Below, piece after piece: positions 27,289-42,108 of a DNA stretch of 52,499 nucleotides. The position numbers and the translations under genes are program-made. Source of the stretch: Gammaproteobacteria bacterium (GTDB taxonomy: Bacteria; Pseudomonadota; Gammaproteobacteria; SG8-11); the NCBI GenBank assembly GCA_031370545.1, contig JANMQQ010000036.1:1-52499 (forward strand), written 5' to 3'. Position 1 is the first letter of the stretch. Every line of letters starts with the position of its first letter. The notes beneath the pieces were generated by a model. That model saw only the letters and a program-made list of their open reading frames with translations, had not been told where the DNA came from and did not search any database.

Positions 27289-27357
27289 CCAGAAAAGGGG
27301 ACGCTACCCAGAAAAGGGGACAGAAAAGGAGGGACAGAAAAGGGGACGCTTCCCTTT
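27289..27357. repeat. Four direct copies of CAGAAAAGG(A)GGGA, the last embedded in a hairpin
   Basis: The sequence reads ccAGAAAAGGGGAcgctaccCAGAAAAGGGGACAGAAAAGGAGGGACAGAAAAGGGGAcgcttccctttt. The final AAAAGGGGA-cgc-TTCCCTTTT can fold and lies about 27 nt downstream of the minus-strand HigA-like ORF. Confidence 0.6.
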
Positions 27358-27383
27358 TACATGCTAACCGCTTGTGTTGCTTC

Positions 27384-27632
27384 TCAAAAGAACACTGCAG
27401 GAGAAACCCCAAAACGTTTGGCGAGCCCCGTGATCTGGCGCGTGTTTAATTCGCGCTTGCCCGCCAGCACTTCGGATACCACGCCTTGGCTGCCGATCTC
27501 CGGTATATCCGTTTGCCGCAGTCCGTGCTCATTCATGAAAAATTTTATCACGCTTTTCGTTTTGGCTGCCTGCGCTTGCGCTCGATAACGGGATTGGTTG
27601 CCGGTAACATTCACAGTTCCTATCGCGTCCAA
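27384..27632 (-). pseudogene. HigA-like XRE-HTH antitoxin, C-terminal half only
   Basis: IKFFMNEHGLRQTDIPEIGSQGVVSEVLAGKRELNTRQITGLAKRFGVSPAVFF aligns by eye with the C-terminal HTH half of E. coli HigA (..LMDQYGLTLSDLPEIGSKSMVSRVLSGKRKLTLEHAKKLATRFGISPALF). There is only a TTG start, no N-terminal domain, and no higB partner. Confidence 0.55.
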
Positions 27633-27639
27633 TTGCCCT

Positions 27640-27960
27640 ATGCTGCTGAACTACTCCTATGGTGGACAATTGCAGCGCGTCACTAACGCATTGGGCCAGA
27701 GCACGACATATAATTCCTACGACGCGGCGGGGCGGTTGTTGTCAATGGCCGACGCCAACGGCCTGCAAACCCAATACAGCTATGACTTACGCGGGCGCGT
27801 GCTGAGCGTGACTAAAACTCCAGCGGGCGGATTGTCCCGCGTCACGACCACCACCACGACTTCGCCGGACAAGTCCGCAGCGTGACCACGCCCGACAGCG
27901 TCGTAATGACCTACGCCTACGATGCCGCGCACCAGCTTCTCAGCGTCACCGACAATCTCG
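27640..27960 (+). pseudogene. Rhs/YD-repeat protein remnant (frameshifted)
   Basis: YD repeats are visible: LNYSYGGQLQRVTNALGQSTTYNSYDAAGRLLSMADANGLQTQYSYDLRGRVLSV. After the ACC-repeat run near 27850 the repeats continue in another frame (DFAGQVRSVTTPDSVVMTYAYDAAHQLLSVTDNL). There is no N-terminal or toxin end. Confidence 0.6.
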
Positions 27961-28134
27961 ACGACAAAAAGTCCGCCCTACCAACACCTCGATCTTCGAA
28001 CCAACGGCGCCCTTGTGCTCAGTCTTGACACTATTTGCGACGCCAATACAACGCCCTTGCGTATGCCCGGCAATTGCCACGCCGGGTGCGCTACTCTATG
28101 TTTGTAGCAATTCCAACGAAGGAGCATTGCAATC

Positions 28135-28563
28135 ATGACTGCGTCACCCGTGCACGATCTCACGCCCAAGCAGGCGTATGAGCTGTTACAAAAAAACCCC
28201 CGCGCCGTAATGATCGACGTGCGCTCATCCATGGAATTTTTGTTCGTGGGCCATCCCAAAGGCGCGATTCATCTGCCTTGGATTGACGAGCCGGATTGGA
28301 AAATCAATCCACAATTTGCGCCGCAGGTGCGGCAGGTGATGTTGGGTGGAATCAGTGCGCATGAAGGGCAGAGCAGTGCGCCAGTGATATTGATTTGCCG
28401 CAGCGGGAAGCGCTCGTTAGAAGCAGGTGAATTGTTGGTCAAAGAAGGATTTGCCGAGATTTATCACGTTACCGAGGGGTTCGAGGGCGAGCTCGATGAT
28501 ACCCATCATCGCAGCACAACAGGTGGTTGGCGCTATCACGGCTTGCCTTGGGAGCAATGTTGA
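28135..28563 (+). CDS. Single-domain rhodanese-like sulfurtransferase
   Basis: 142-aa ORF with the active-site loop LICRSGKRS and AAGGAG upstream. Confidence 0.85.
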   Translation: MTASPVHDLTPKQAYELLQKNPRAVMIDVRSSMEFLFVGHPKGAIHLPWIDEPDWKINPQFAPQVRQVMLGGISAHEGQSSAPVILICRSGKRSLEAGELLVKEGFAEIYHVTEGFEGELDDTHHRSTTGGWRYHGLPWEQC

Positions 28564-28634
28564 CCACGCTGCGCGTTGGGCTGGCCGGTGCGCCATGCTA
28601 AGCTTGCGCGCCTATTTTTCATGACGGTAGACCC

Positions 28635-32330
<3,696 letters not shown>

Positions 32331-32527
32331 TTGCGTCATAGCGTGTCGTGTTTCGGAAAATTTGATCCTTATATAAATACACATGGGCATGGATCGTGGG
32401 TTTTGATTGCCAATATTAATTAGTGTTGAGTTATATTCCTGTGCAGTGAAATTTATTGAGATGGCCGGATATCGCAAAAGTAGGCATTTGGCCAAAACGT
32501 TGTATCAACATGAGGCGGAGGAGTGAT

Positions 32528-32977
32528 ATGAAATTGGTACTTGCAAAGCTCGCAGTGGTAGTTGCTTCGGTGGCTTTATTGGCTGGAATTTCAGTTGCGG
32601 CAGAAATCGCGACGCCCGCAAAAAAGCCGCACAACATGGTCATCCAGCTTTCGGAGGACAATGAAAAAGTCGCGAACCTGGCACTTAACAACGCGGTTAA
32701 CGTGCAAAAAGAAGTCGGCATCGACAATATCAACATTGAGGTGGTTTCCTTCGGCCCGGGGTTGAAGATGATGCTCAAAGACAGCCCGGTTGCAGGCCGC
32801 ATCAAGGACCTCGCGCTGCAAAATGTCACCTTCTCGGCGTGTGGAAATACGATCAAGAAATGGGAAAAAGACAACAACGCCAAAGCTGAAATCGCCGCAG
32901 GCGCGCGCATGGTACCGGCGGGACTGGTGCGGATACTTGAATTACAGGAGAAGGGTTGGAGCTACGTCCGGCCCTAA
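32528..32977 (+). CDS. Secreted DsrE/DsrF-like (COG1416-type) protein
   Basis: I moved the start to ATG 32528 (GGAGGAG upstream), giving signal peptide MKLVLAKLAVVVASVALLAGISVAA. It has ...VVSFGPGL...FSACGNT...VPAGLVRILELQEKGWSYVRP, which is typical of this family as I remember it. Confidence 0.55.
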   Translation: MKLVLAKLAVVVASVALLAGISVAAEIATPAKKPHNMVIQLSEDNEKVANLALNNAVNVQKEVGIDNINIEVVSFGPGLKMMLKDSPVAGRIKDLALQNVTFSACGNTIKKWEKDNNAKAEIAAGARMVPAGLVRILELQEKGWSYVRP

Positions 32978-33188
32978 ATTTTCTGGATGTAAACACGGAT
33001 CGCACTTCCGCGCTTATCGGGCGGTGCGATGCGGTTATGCAGTAATCTACACACATAAAAAAACGGTCTTTGCGTTCAAGCTTCGTCCACGAACGCATTC
33101 TCAGGATGGAAATTAGTTAAACGATCTGTAGATGTTTGGCAGTGATGATGTAGACGTCCTAAAAAACACGATCAATAAGGAGCGGGTG

Positions 33189-34163
33189 ATGAAATTAGCG
33201 CAAAAAGTACTGACTACGATGTTTGCAATGTCGATGGCTCCGGCAGTATTCGCAGCTGCGGTTGAGCCGGGCGATGGTGGTGATGCAGATTACCGGACGT
33301 TTTATTCCGATGGAAAAGTTGACTTGGGCAAGATCGGCGACTCGTACACGGCGGATCTGGTGGTGTACCTGGCGGGTAATCAATTCATGGTCATCGAAGA
33401 GTTGATGAAGGGGTTCCTGAAGAAAACACCCGGCATCAAGTCGGTGTTTGTTGAAACCATTCCGCCCGGTCAGATTCTGTCTGACCAACTGCTCAAACAG
33501 GGCGAGATCAACGGTCAAAAAATTGCGATGAATCCTGACATATATGCAAGCGTCGACGTCGGCCACCTCAAGAAATTGAAGAGTGTCGGCAAGATGGAGC
33601 AGTACCAGACCTATACCCACAACAAGCTGGAGTTGATGGTTGCAGCCGGTAATCCTAAAAAGATTAAGGGTGTTGAGGACCTGAAGCGTGACGATCTGGT
33701 GCAGTCGCATCCGAATCCGCTCACCGAAGGCATCTTCAAATTTTACGGAGCCGAGATGCTGAAGGATCTGGGTATCTATGACAAAGTCACCGGCGGTAAA
33801 GAGTGCAAAGGGTGCTGGGCGGTGGCGAACAAGACCTGGTTCACCGAGCGTCATCATCGTGAAACGCCGGATCGCATCGAAAAAGGTGAAGCGGATGTTG
33901 GCATCGTGTGGGCCACAGAAGTGGCGCACGCCAAGGCCACGGGTCGTAAGGTGGACGGTGTTGCCATTAGCGCCCCTCTCAACAAGCAAGACAAAGCTGG
34001 TTATGTGATCGGTGCGTATAAAGATGGCCGCAACGCGAAGAACGCGGCGGCATTCCTGGCCTATTTGGCAACGGATGAAGCGCAGGCGGTTTACGCAAAA
34101 TATGGCTTTGCAAAAGCGTCTGCGGATGAACTGAAGGCAAAAGCCATCCCCGACGCCAAGTAA
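33189..34163 (+). CDS. Periplasmic ModA-like oxyanion/solute-binding protein (orphan)
   Basis: I moved the start to ATG 33189, giving signal MKLAQKVLTTMFAMSMAPAVFA|A. It has the PBP type-II features ...VYLAGNQFM..., GEADVGIVWATE and AAAFLAYLATDEAQAVYAKYGF. There are no adjacent permease or ATPase genes. Confidence 0.55.
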   Translation: MKLAQKVLTTMFAMSMAPAVFAAAVEPGDGGDADYRTFYSDGKVDLGKIGDSYTADLVVYLAGNQFMVIEELMKGFLKKTPGIKSVFVETIPPGQILSDQLLKQGEINGQKIAMNPDIYASVDVGHLKKLKSVGKMEQYQTYTHNKLELMVAAGNPKKIKGVEDLKRDDLVQSHPNPLTEGIFKFYGAEMLKDLGIYDKVTGGKECKGCWAVANKTWFTERHHRETPDRIEKGEADVGIVWATEVAHAKATGRKVDGVAISAPLNKQDKAGYVIGAYKDGRNAKNAAAFLAYLATDEAQAVYAKYGFAKASADELKAKAIPDAK

Positions 34164-34202
34164 TCGGGTATAATCCTGCCCGCCACTCTTTAGGCGGGAT
34201 CG

Positions 34203-34234
34203 AAACCGCCGCCCTCTGGGCGGCGGTTTTTTTT
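34203..34234 (+). terminator. Rho-independent terminator
   Basis: AAACCGCCGCCC-tct-GGGCGGCGGTTTTTTTTT lies immediately after the binding-protein gene. Confidence 0.85.
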
Positions 34235-34269
34235 ACAAATTCGTTATCAAATTTACGAGCTGTGAATCC

Positions 34270-36093
<1,824 letters not shown>

Positions 36094-36196
36094 TGTCGAC
36101 ACGCCGGTTGCGGTCAACCGGCGTGTGCAGACACTCATCACCAGCATTCTTGTGTTAAAGTTTTTGCTTCAGTCAGGCCAGTTTTAGGGAGGGACT

Positions 36197-36757
36197 ATGA
36201 TCGGCAAAAAGAACGTGGTGTTTGGGTTTCTGATGTTGGTGGTGACGGCGGCCTTGGGTCCTTACATGGCGGTGAAGTTGGTGCCAGGTGTAGACGAAGC
36301 GCGCGTCGTGAAGCAGGAAAAAGTGGGGCGCCTGCAACAACTGCAAGAAAACAACTTTGAAGAAGATCTGCAAGCCTTGCCAACCGACGCGATTGCCAAA
36401 GCCAACACCGCAGGCATCCTTGCACTGAATATGCTTTACAACGCACAGGCGCCGATCGACGCGATTAAATCCGGCCCGCACGCGCACGGCAATCTGGAGT
36501 CGCTGCTTAACATTGCTGCGGGTATCGCTCTGTGTTTCATCGCTGTTGCACCACTGTTCAAACAAATCATCAGTTGGTTGTTTATCCTCGGTACCTTGTT
36601 GCACTCGGGCGCGTTGTATCTGGTGGTTGCACTGGACCAATACTGGGTGTTGCCGGTGATAAAGTCTGGTATCGGGCCGGTGCTGGTATTGGCGGCATTG
36701 CTGAGCATCGGCGTGGCGGCGTTCATCGGATTTAAAGGCGAGCCGGTAAAAGACTAA
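36197..36757 (+). CDS. Hypothetical integral membrane protein
   Basis: 186-aa ORF with 4-5 hydrophobic helices (VVFGFLMLVVTAALGPYMAV, IAAGIALCFIAVAPLF, WLFILGTLLHSGALYLVVAL, IGPVLVLAALLSIGVAAFIGF). No family was recognised. Confidence 0.45.
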   Translation: MIGKKNVVFGFLMLVVTAALGPYMAVKLVPGVDEARVVKQEKVGRLQQLQENNFEEDLQALPTDAIAKANTAGILALNMLYNAQAPIDAIKSGPHAHGNLESLLNIAAGIALCFIAVAPLFKQIISWLFILGTLLHSGALYLVVALDQYWVLPVIKSGIGPVLVLAALLSIGVAAFIGFKGEPVKD

Positions 36758-36769
36758 GCCGACCACGCC

Positions 36770-37720
36770 ATGCGCAATCTCTATCCGCTGATCAAGCCCT
36801 ATGTTACGCACAGCCTTGCAGTCGATTCGCTGCACGTGTTGCACGTGGAGGAATGTGGCAATCCACAAGGCGTGCCGATTGTGTTTGTTCACGGAGGTCC
36901 AGGTGCCGGGTGTGAACCACAACATCGCAGCTTTTTTGATCCCAATGTGTTCCGCATTGTGTTGTTTGATCAGCGCGGCTGCGGCAAATCCAAGCCGCAC
37001 GCTGAACTTGAAGGCAACACCACGCAAGCCCTGGTTGCGGACATGGAACACATCCGCACCATTCTCGGCATCCAACGTTGGGTTGTGTTCGGTGGTTCCT
37101 GGGGTTCCACGTTGGGGTTGGTATACGCACAGGCCCATCCTGGGCGCGTCTTAGGTTTGATCCTGCGCGGTATTTTTTTAACTCGCCCGTGGGAGATTCA
37201 ATGGTTTTACCAAGAAGGTGCCAACCGTCTTTTCCCGGATTACTGGGAAGATTTTTTAGCGCCGATTCCACCCGAAGAACGCCACGATCTGGTGCAAGCC
37301 TACTATCGCCGTCTCACCGGTAAAGATGAAATCGCCCGCATGTCTGCGGCCAAGGCATGGTCAGTGTGGGAAGGGCGCTGCGCCACATTGAATCCGAACA
37401 AACATGTGATTGATCACTTTGCGAGTCCGTACACCGCGTTGAGTTTGGCGCGGGTCGAATGTCACTATTTTGTAAACAACAGCTTCCTCGCTCCTGATCA
37501 AATTTTACGCGATGCGCCGCGATTGAAAGATATTCCCGGCGTCATCGTGCATGGGCGCTACGACTCGGTGTGCCCAATTGCCAGCGCGTGGGAGCTGCAT
37601 AAAGCCTGGCCGCAGTCTGATTTGCGCATTATTTCCGCTGCCGGACATTCTGCTTTTGAGCCGGGTATCGCCGACGCATTGGTGCAAGCCGCCGATGCGA
37701 TGGGCGCGAAATTTAAATGA
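36770..37720 (+). CDS. pip: Prolyl aminopeptidase (proline iminopeptidase)
   Basis: 316-aa alpha/beta hydrolase with HGGPGAG, the nucleophile elbow GGSWGSTL, and a C-terminal ...GHSAFEP. Confidence 0.9.
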   Translation: MRNLYPLIKPYVTHSLAVDSLHVLHVEECGNPQGVPIVFVHGGPGAGCEPQHRSFFDPNVFRIVLFDQRGCGKSKPHAELEGNTTQALVADMEHIRTILGIQRWVVFGGSWGSTLGLVYAQAHPGRVLGLILRGIFLTRPWEIQWFYQEGANRLFPDYWEDFLAPIPPEERHDLVQAYYRRLTGKDEIARMSAAKAWSVWEGRCATLNPNKHVIDHFASPYTALSLARVECHYFVNNSFLAPDQILRDAPRLKDIPGVIVHGRYDSVCPIASAWELHKAWPQSDLRIISAAGHSAFEPGIADALVQAADAMGAKFK

Positions 37721-38175
37721 TCGCATTACTGCAGCGCGTGAGCGCTGCACGTGTCGAAATAAAAAACTCAACAGTTGGCGCCATCGAGCGCGGTATCCTG
37801 GCACTGATCGGCGTGGAGCGCGGCGATGAATGTGCAAATGCCGACCGGCTGCTTGAGCGCATGCTGGGCTATCGCATGTTCTCGGATGCACAAGGCAAGA
37901 TGAATTTAAGCGTGCAAGACATCGGCGGCGGAGTGTTGCTGGTGCCGCAATTTACGCTCGCAGCGGACACGCGCAAAGGCATGCGACCCGGTTTTACAAC
38001 AGCAGCGGAACCGGGCGAAGGACGAAGGCTATTCGAGTATTTGGTCGGGCAGACCAGTGCAAAACATGTCGATGTTCAAACCGGAATCTTCGGTGCTGAT
38101 ATGCAAGTGATATTAGTCAACGACGGACCCGTTACATTCTGGTTGCAGGTGAAGCCGCCAGCCGCCGCGCAATAA
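37717..38175 (+). CDS. dtd: D-aminoacyl-tRNA deacylase
   Basis: 152-aa ORF reading [14 protein letters not shown]...[12 protein letters not shown]...VSQF-like [15 protein letters not shown].. ...GPVTFWL. It overlaps the pip stop (ATGA). Confidence 0.9.
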   Translation: MIALLQRVSAARVEIKNSTVGAIERGILALIGVERGDECANADRLLERMLGYRMFSDAQGKMNLSVQDIGGGVLLVPQFTLAADTRKGMRPGFTTAAEPGEGRRLFEYLVGQTSAKHVDVQTGIFGADMQVILVNDGPVTFWLQVKPPAAAQ

Positions 38176-38719
38176 ATATCAGCGCCGCGCCCGCCGCAAA
38201 AAATAACCACTGCCACGTCGAATTGACCGGAAATTTTTCCACTCCCAGGCCATAGAGCGCAACAAACCCAGCCCACGTCGGCCCCGCACAATGCGCCATC
38301 ACCGTTACGTAGGTGTGTGACAGCATCACCAACGCAGCACCAGCGGCTGCCGATCCTAAAATATGGCGTGGTCGCGCAATCATTTTTGCAATCACAATGG
38401 CACCCGCCACATGCAACAACAACGACAAGGCATCAAATTCCAGCGTCCACAAATACAGGCCGCTTTGTGCGTCGTAAGAGCCGATGGCCAATACACTTTT
38501 ATCGGCGAGAATTTGCAGTGCGGCCCACGGATTGTCTTTCCAGATTACCGAGAACATCGGGAGGTACTGTGAAATCGGAAACAGCAGGTTGTTCACCATC
38601 TCGCGATTGAGAATTGCCAGCGCCAGAGTTTCGAGCGCCATCGCGGCAAACAAAATAATCACGCTGGTGGTGAACAGCGAACGGGGTGCGACAAAACGTT
38701 TGCTCGACATGCCTATCAT
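38132..38719 (-). CDS. Hypothetical integral membrane protein
   Basis: 195-aa ORF with about 5 TM helices. It is convergent with dtd, and their 3' ends overlap by 44 nt. No family was recognised. Confidence 0.45.
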   Translation of the reverse strand: MIGMSSKRFVAPRSLFTTSVIILFAAMALETLALAILNREMVNNLLFPISQYLPMFSVIWKDNPWAALQILADKSVLAIGSYDAQSGLYLWTLEFDALSLLLHVAGAIVIAKMIARPRHILGSAAAGAALVMLSHTYVTVMAHCAGPTWAGFVALYGLGVEKFPVNSTWQWLFFAAGAALIFIARRLAASPATRM

Positions 38720-38801
38720 CCTAACAAGTTATCCCATTGTCGACCGTGGGCAACACCGACTTTAATTCGTACAATGCCCAATCAAACGCGGAGCCTGGCT
38801 C

Positions 38802-39629
38802 ATGGCACTCTACGCCATCGGTGACATTCAAGGGTGTTACGACGAACTACAGCGACTGCTGGAAACGCTGCGGTTTGATGCGCGTGCAGATCAACTCTGG
38901 CTGGTGGGCGATCTGGTCAATCGCGGCCCGAAGTCGCTGGACGTGCTGCGATTTGTCAAATCGTTGGGTGATGGTGCGATCACCGTACTGGGCAATCATG
39001 ACCTGCATTTGCTGGCGATTTCCGTCGGCATCGACCGCGCGAAGCACGACGACACCCTCGGCGACATTTTGAAAGCGCCAGATCGTGACGAATTGCTCGA
39101 CTGGCTGCGCAAGCAGCCACTGCTACATCATGACGCCACGCGCGGTTATGCGATGTTGCATGCCGGGTTGCCGCCGCAATGGGATTTAGCGCAAGCGCAA
39201 CGCTGCGCAAGCGAAGTGGAAGTGATGTTGCGCGGCCCTGATTACAAAGAATTTTTTCAGCACATGTATGGCAACCAGCCCGATTTATGGGATGAAGGAT
39301 TGTCCGGTTGGGCGCGCCTGCGTTTCATTGTGAATTGCTTTACGCGGCTGCGTTATGTGGATGAGCACGGACGGATTACACACAAAGAAAAAGGTGCGCC
39401 GCGCGTGCACAGTCGCCTTACTCCATGGTTTCGCGCGCCAGAGCGCAAAAGCGCGGCGAGCAAAATTGTTTTCGGTCATTGGTCAACACTAGGCTTGGTG
39501 CTTGAGCACAACGTCTGCGCGCTGGACACCGGATGTGTGTGGGGAGGTGAACTCACGGCGCTGCGATTGGATGGGGACCGCGTTCCGACTAAGATCAAGT
39601 GCCCGCAATTGAGCGACCCGGAAAGTTAA
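38802..39629 (+). CDS. apaH: Bis(5'-nucleosyl)-tetraphosphatase (symmetrical)
   Basis: 275-aa ORF with MALYAIGDIQGCYDEL, GDLVNRGP and GNHD, the metallophosphatase motifs of ApaH. Confidence 0.9.
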   Translation: MALYAIGDIQGCYDELQRLLETLRFDARADQLWLVGDLVNRGPKSLDVLRFVKSLGDGAITVLGNHDLHLLAISVGIDRAKHDDTLGDILKAPDRDELLDWLRKQPLLHHDATRGYAMLHAGLPPQWDLAQAQRCASEVEVMLRGPDYKEFFQHMYGNQPDLWDEGLSGWARLRFIVNCFTRLRYVDEHGRITHKEKGAPRVHSRLTPWFRAPERKSAASKIVFGHWSTLGLVLEHNVCALDTGCVWGGELTALRLDGDRVPTKIKCPQLSDPES

Positions 39630-39635
39630 AAAAAA

Positions 39636-39658
39636 GCGGCCCGCGTGGAGCGGGCCGT
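39636..39658. terminator. Bidirectional rho-independent terminator
   Basis: GCGGCCCGC-gtgga-GCGGGCCGT is flanked by A8 upstream, which gives a T8 tail for minus-strand transcripts, and by TTCTT downstream for apaH. Confidence 0.7.
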
Positions 39659-39882
39659 TCTTGACAATAAGTCAGAGCTTTTATTCGTAACCGTTTTGCG
39701 CGGTGGTCCACAAGCCGTTGTCAGCCGAGGCTTGTTCGATTAGTTGTGTCGCTGCTGGCGCGGCCTGCACTTGCGTCTCGACCGTGTGTTGCGTTGGCAG
39801 GTAGGTTTCACCTGCGCCTTCCGTGACGATGCAGCTCATCATCTCGTCGGCCTTCAGGTTGGGCGGGCATTGTGCAGCCACC

Positions 39883-40044
39883 AGTATCACAACTCGTAAA
39901 TATCAGAACAACTGAAACGGATGGATTTTTTTGCCCTGCGAGGCGCAGACGCGAAGCAATACTGTACGTATTGCAAGGGGCTGCAACGACGCAGGGCGAA
40001 AAAAGACGCCGTTTCATGTTCTGATATTTACGAGTTGTGATACT
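39883..40044. repeat. 162-nt near-perfect palindromic element (28-bp perfect terminal inverted repeats)
   Basis: AGTATCACAACTCGTAAATATCAGAACA at 39883-39910 is the exact reverse complement of 40017-40044. There are further paired blocks inside: TGAAACGG/CCGTTTCA, T7GCCCTGCG/CGCAGGGCGA6 (14 of 15), and a central GCAATAC-tgtac-GTATTGC. Confidence 0.85.
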
Positions 40045-40423
40045 AGCGTTGACCCCAACAGCGAAAATCCCGCGACAACAGAAACGACGATTTTATTTGT
40101 CATTGTTAACCCTCTCTACGGTAGTTGGTATTTGCGTTCGGCACTGCCCAAGTGCAGCAACGCAGCTTCAGTCTCGCGAATGCTTGTTTGCAAGGCGATG
40201 GGTTGTTTGCGTCGGCGTCGTGCGTAACTGGAGAGCCCCACGCCAAAAAATTTATGATCAACTCTTCACTGCGACGAATCAAGTGTGGAACAGCGCTCAC
40301 AAAGTATTAGATGCAGTGTGCGCTTTAGACTAAAAACCAGCGATGCGCGAATATCCGCCAATGCGCAAGCCACTTCGCTGGCGAGCACGAAATATATTGT
40401 CAAGACCGCGACGAAATTGAGTA

Positions 40424-40918
40424 TCAGGGATTACGTTCGAGTATCAGGAAGGTGCAGTCGTAAAGATTATTTTCATCCGCTTTGCGATCAATGTGCGTTA
40501 CTTCATGCCAGGCGTGCGCGTCGAAATCGGGAAACCAGGCATCGCCATCGAAGGTGTGATGGACCAGGGTGAGATACATCCGCTGGGTTTGCGGGAGTAC
40601 TTGCGTGTAAAACGATGCGCCGCCGATGACCATCACCTCCGGCACATCACCGGCAACTTGAAGAGCGTCCGCAATGGTATGGCTGACAACACTGCCATTG
40701 GCGCGATAACTCAAGTCGCTGGTCACGACAATATTGGTGCGACCCGGCAGCGGCTTTGCGCCGAACGATTCAAACGTTTTGCGCCCCATCACGATGGGCT
40801 TACCCAGGGTGTGTTCGCGAAACCACTTCATGTCGGCAGGTAACTTCCACGGCAGCCGGTTCGCGACGCCGATCACGCGGTTGTCCGCCATCGCCGCAAT
40901 CAGGGAGATGCGCGGCAT
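40424..40918 (-). CDS. folA: Dihydrofolate reductase
   Basis: I moved the start to ATG 40918 ([53 protein letters not shown]), overlapping the thyA stop (TAATG). Confidence 0.9.
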   Translation of the reverse strand: MPRISLIAAMADNRVIGVANRLPWKLPADMKWFREHTLGKPIVMGRKTFESFGAKPLPGRTNIVVTSDLSYRANGSVVSHTIADALQVAGDVPEVMVIGGASFYTQVLPQTQRMYLTLVHHTFDGDAWFPDFDAHAWHEVTHIDRKADENNLYDCTFLILERNP

Positions 40919-41712
40919 TACACCGCCACCGGCGCCTTGATGGCGGGATGGCATTGATAATTGTCGAGCTTGAAGTCGTCGTATTTGAAATCGAAAATTG
41001 AGCGCACGGCGGGATTGATGTTCAACGTCGGCAGCGGGAAGGTGCTGCGCGCGAGTTGCGTGTCGGCTTGCTCAATGTGGTTGAGATACACATGCGCGTC
41101 GCCGAGCGTGTGCACAAAATCGCCCGGCTGCAGATCGCAGACTTGTGCGATCATGCGCGTCAGCAGCGCATACGACGCAATGTTGAACGGCACGCCTAAA
41201 AAAATATCCGCGCTGCGCTGATAAAGCTGGCACGACAGCTTGCCGTTGGCGACGTAGAACTGAAACAGCAAATGGCAGGGCGGCAGCGCCATGTGTTCGA
41301 TCTCGCCCACATTCCACGCGCTGACGATTAACCGACGCGAATCAGGATTGCGTTTGATCTGTGCGATCACCTCGCTGAGCTGGTCGATGCTGCGCCCGTC
41401 GGCGGTGGGCCACGAGCGCCACTGCTTGCCATACACCGGGCCCAGGTCGCCGTTCGTGTCGGCCCACTCGTCCCAAATGCTCACACCGTTGTCGCGCAAA
41501 TATTTCACGTTGGTGTCGCCGCGAATAAACCACAACAGCTCGTGAATGATCGAACGCAGGTGCAGTTTTTTTGTTGTCACGACCGGAAACCCGGCGGCGA
41601 GATCGAAGCGCATCTGGTAGCCAAACACACTCAGCGTGCCGGTGCCGGTGCGGTCTTCCTTGTGCGTACCGTGGGTGCGCACGTGGCGTAATAAATCGAG
41701 ATATTGCTGCAT
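40918..41712 (-). CDS. thyA: Thymidylate synthase
   Basis: 264-aa ORF reading [26 protein letters not shown], with the active-site PPCH in [13 protein letters not shown]. Confidence 0.95.
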   Translation of the reverse strand: MQQYLDLLRHVRTHGTHKEDRTGTGTLSVFGYQMRFDLAAGFPVVTTKKLHLRSIIHELLWFIRGDTNVKYLRDNGVSIWDEWADTNGDLGPVYGKQWRSWPTADGRSIDQLSEVIAQIKRNPDSRRLIVSAWNVGEIEHMALPPCHLLFQFYVANGKLSCQLYQRSADIFLGVPFNIASYALLTRMIAQVCDLQPGDFVHTLGDAHVYLNHIEQADTQLARSTFPLPTLNINPAVRSIFDFKYDDFKLDNYQCHPAIKAPVAV

Positions 41713-41721
41713 GCGCGCGGC

Positions 41722-42108
41722 TTACTCCGGGGTGTGGCACACCGCTTCAATATTGTGGCCGTCCGGGTCAATCACGAAGGCGCCGTAGTAGTTTGGATGG
41801 TAGTGCGCCCGCAATCCCGGCGCGCCGTTGTCTTTGCCGCCCGCAGCAAGCGCGGCATGATAAAACGCATCGACGGCTTTGCGAGTGGCAGTGCGAATCG
41901 CGACATGCACGGTTGAACGGCTGGTCGTGCCGCGACTGATCCAGAAGTCAGGCTTTGGCGCCTCACCAAAACCAGCCACATCGGCGTGGCCAGTGACCGA
42001 GGCGGGAAATTCCATCAGCAACGCATAGCCCAGTGGCGCCAGCGCGGCGGTGTAAAACGCTTTGCTGCGTTCGAAATCGTTCACATCAACACCAATATGG
42101 TCGATCAT
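41722..42108 (-). CDS. VOC (glyoxalase/bleomycin-resistance/dioxygenase) family protein
   Basis: 128-aa ORF reading [19 protein letters not shown]...HVAIRT...[12 protein letters not shown]. Confidence 0.8.
   Translation of the reverse strand: MIDHIGVDVNDFERSKAFYTAALAPLGYALLMEFPASVTGHADVAGFGEAPKPDFWISRGTTSRSTVHVAIRTATRKAVDAFYHAALAAGGKDNGAPGLRAHYHPNYYGAFVIDPDGHNIEAVCHTPE

Noticed and set aside
27289-27357. CRISPR array
   Set aside because: The repeats are only 12-14 nt with 0-7 nt between them, so there are no spacer-sized intervals. No cas genes are in the window.
28564-28634. Possible cobalamin or SAM riboswitch upstream of metH
   Set aside because: The spacer is only about 70 nt, too short for either aptamer, and I see no B12-box-like sequence. 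metH is also not a usual riboswitch target.
33195-33989. 264-aa minus-strand ORF opposite the ModA-like binding-protein gene
   Set aside because: The sense ORF has a signal peptide, PBP motifs, an RBS and a terminator. The antisense ORF has none of these.
36173-37138. 321-aa minus-strand ORF spanning the membrane-protein gene and the start of pip
   Set aside because: It crosses an intergenic gap and overlaps two well-supported plus-strand genes. Its composition is Gln/His/Arg-biased with no motif.
38132-38175. The 44-nt convergent overlap of dtd and the 195-aa membrane-protein ORF as a regulatory antisense arrangement
   Set aside because: The overlap depends on an unverified hypothetical ORF, and short convergent overlaps are common. 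There is no independent signal.
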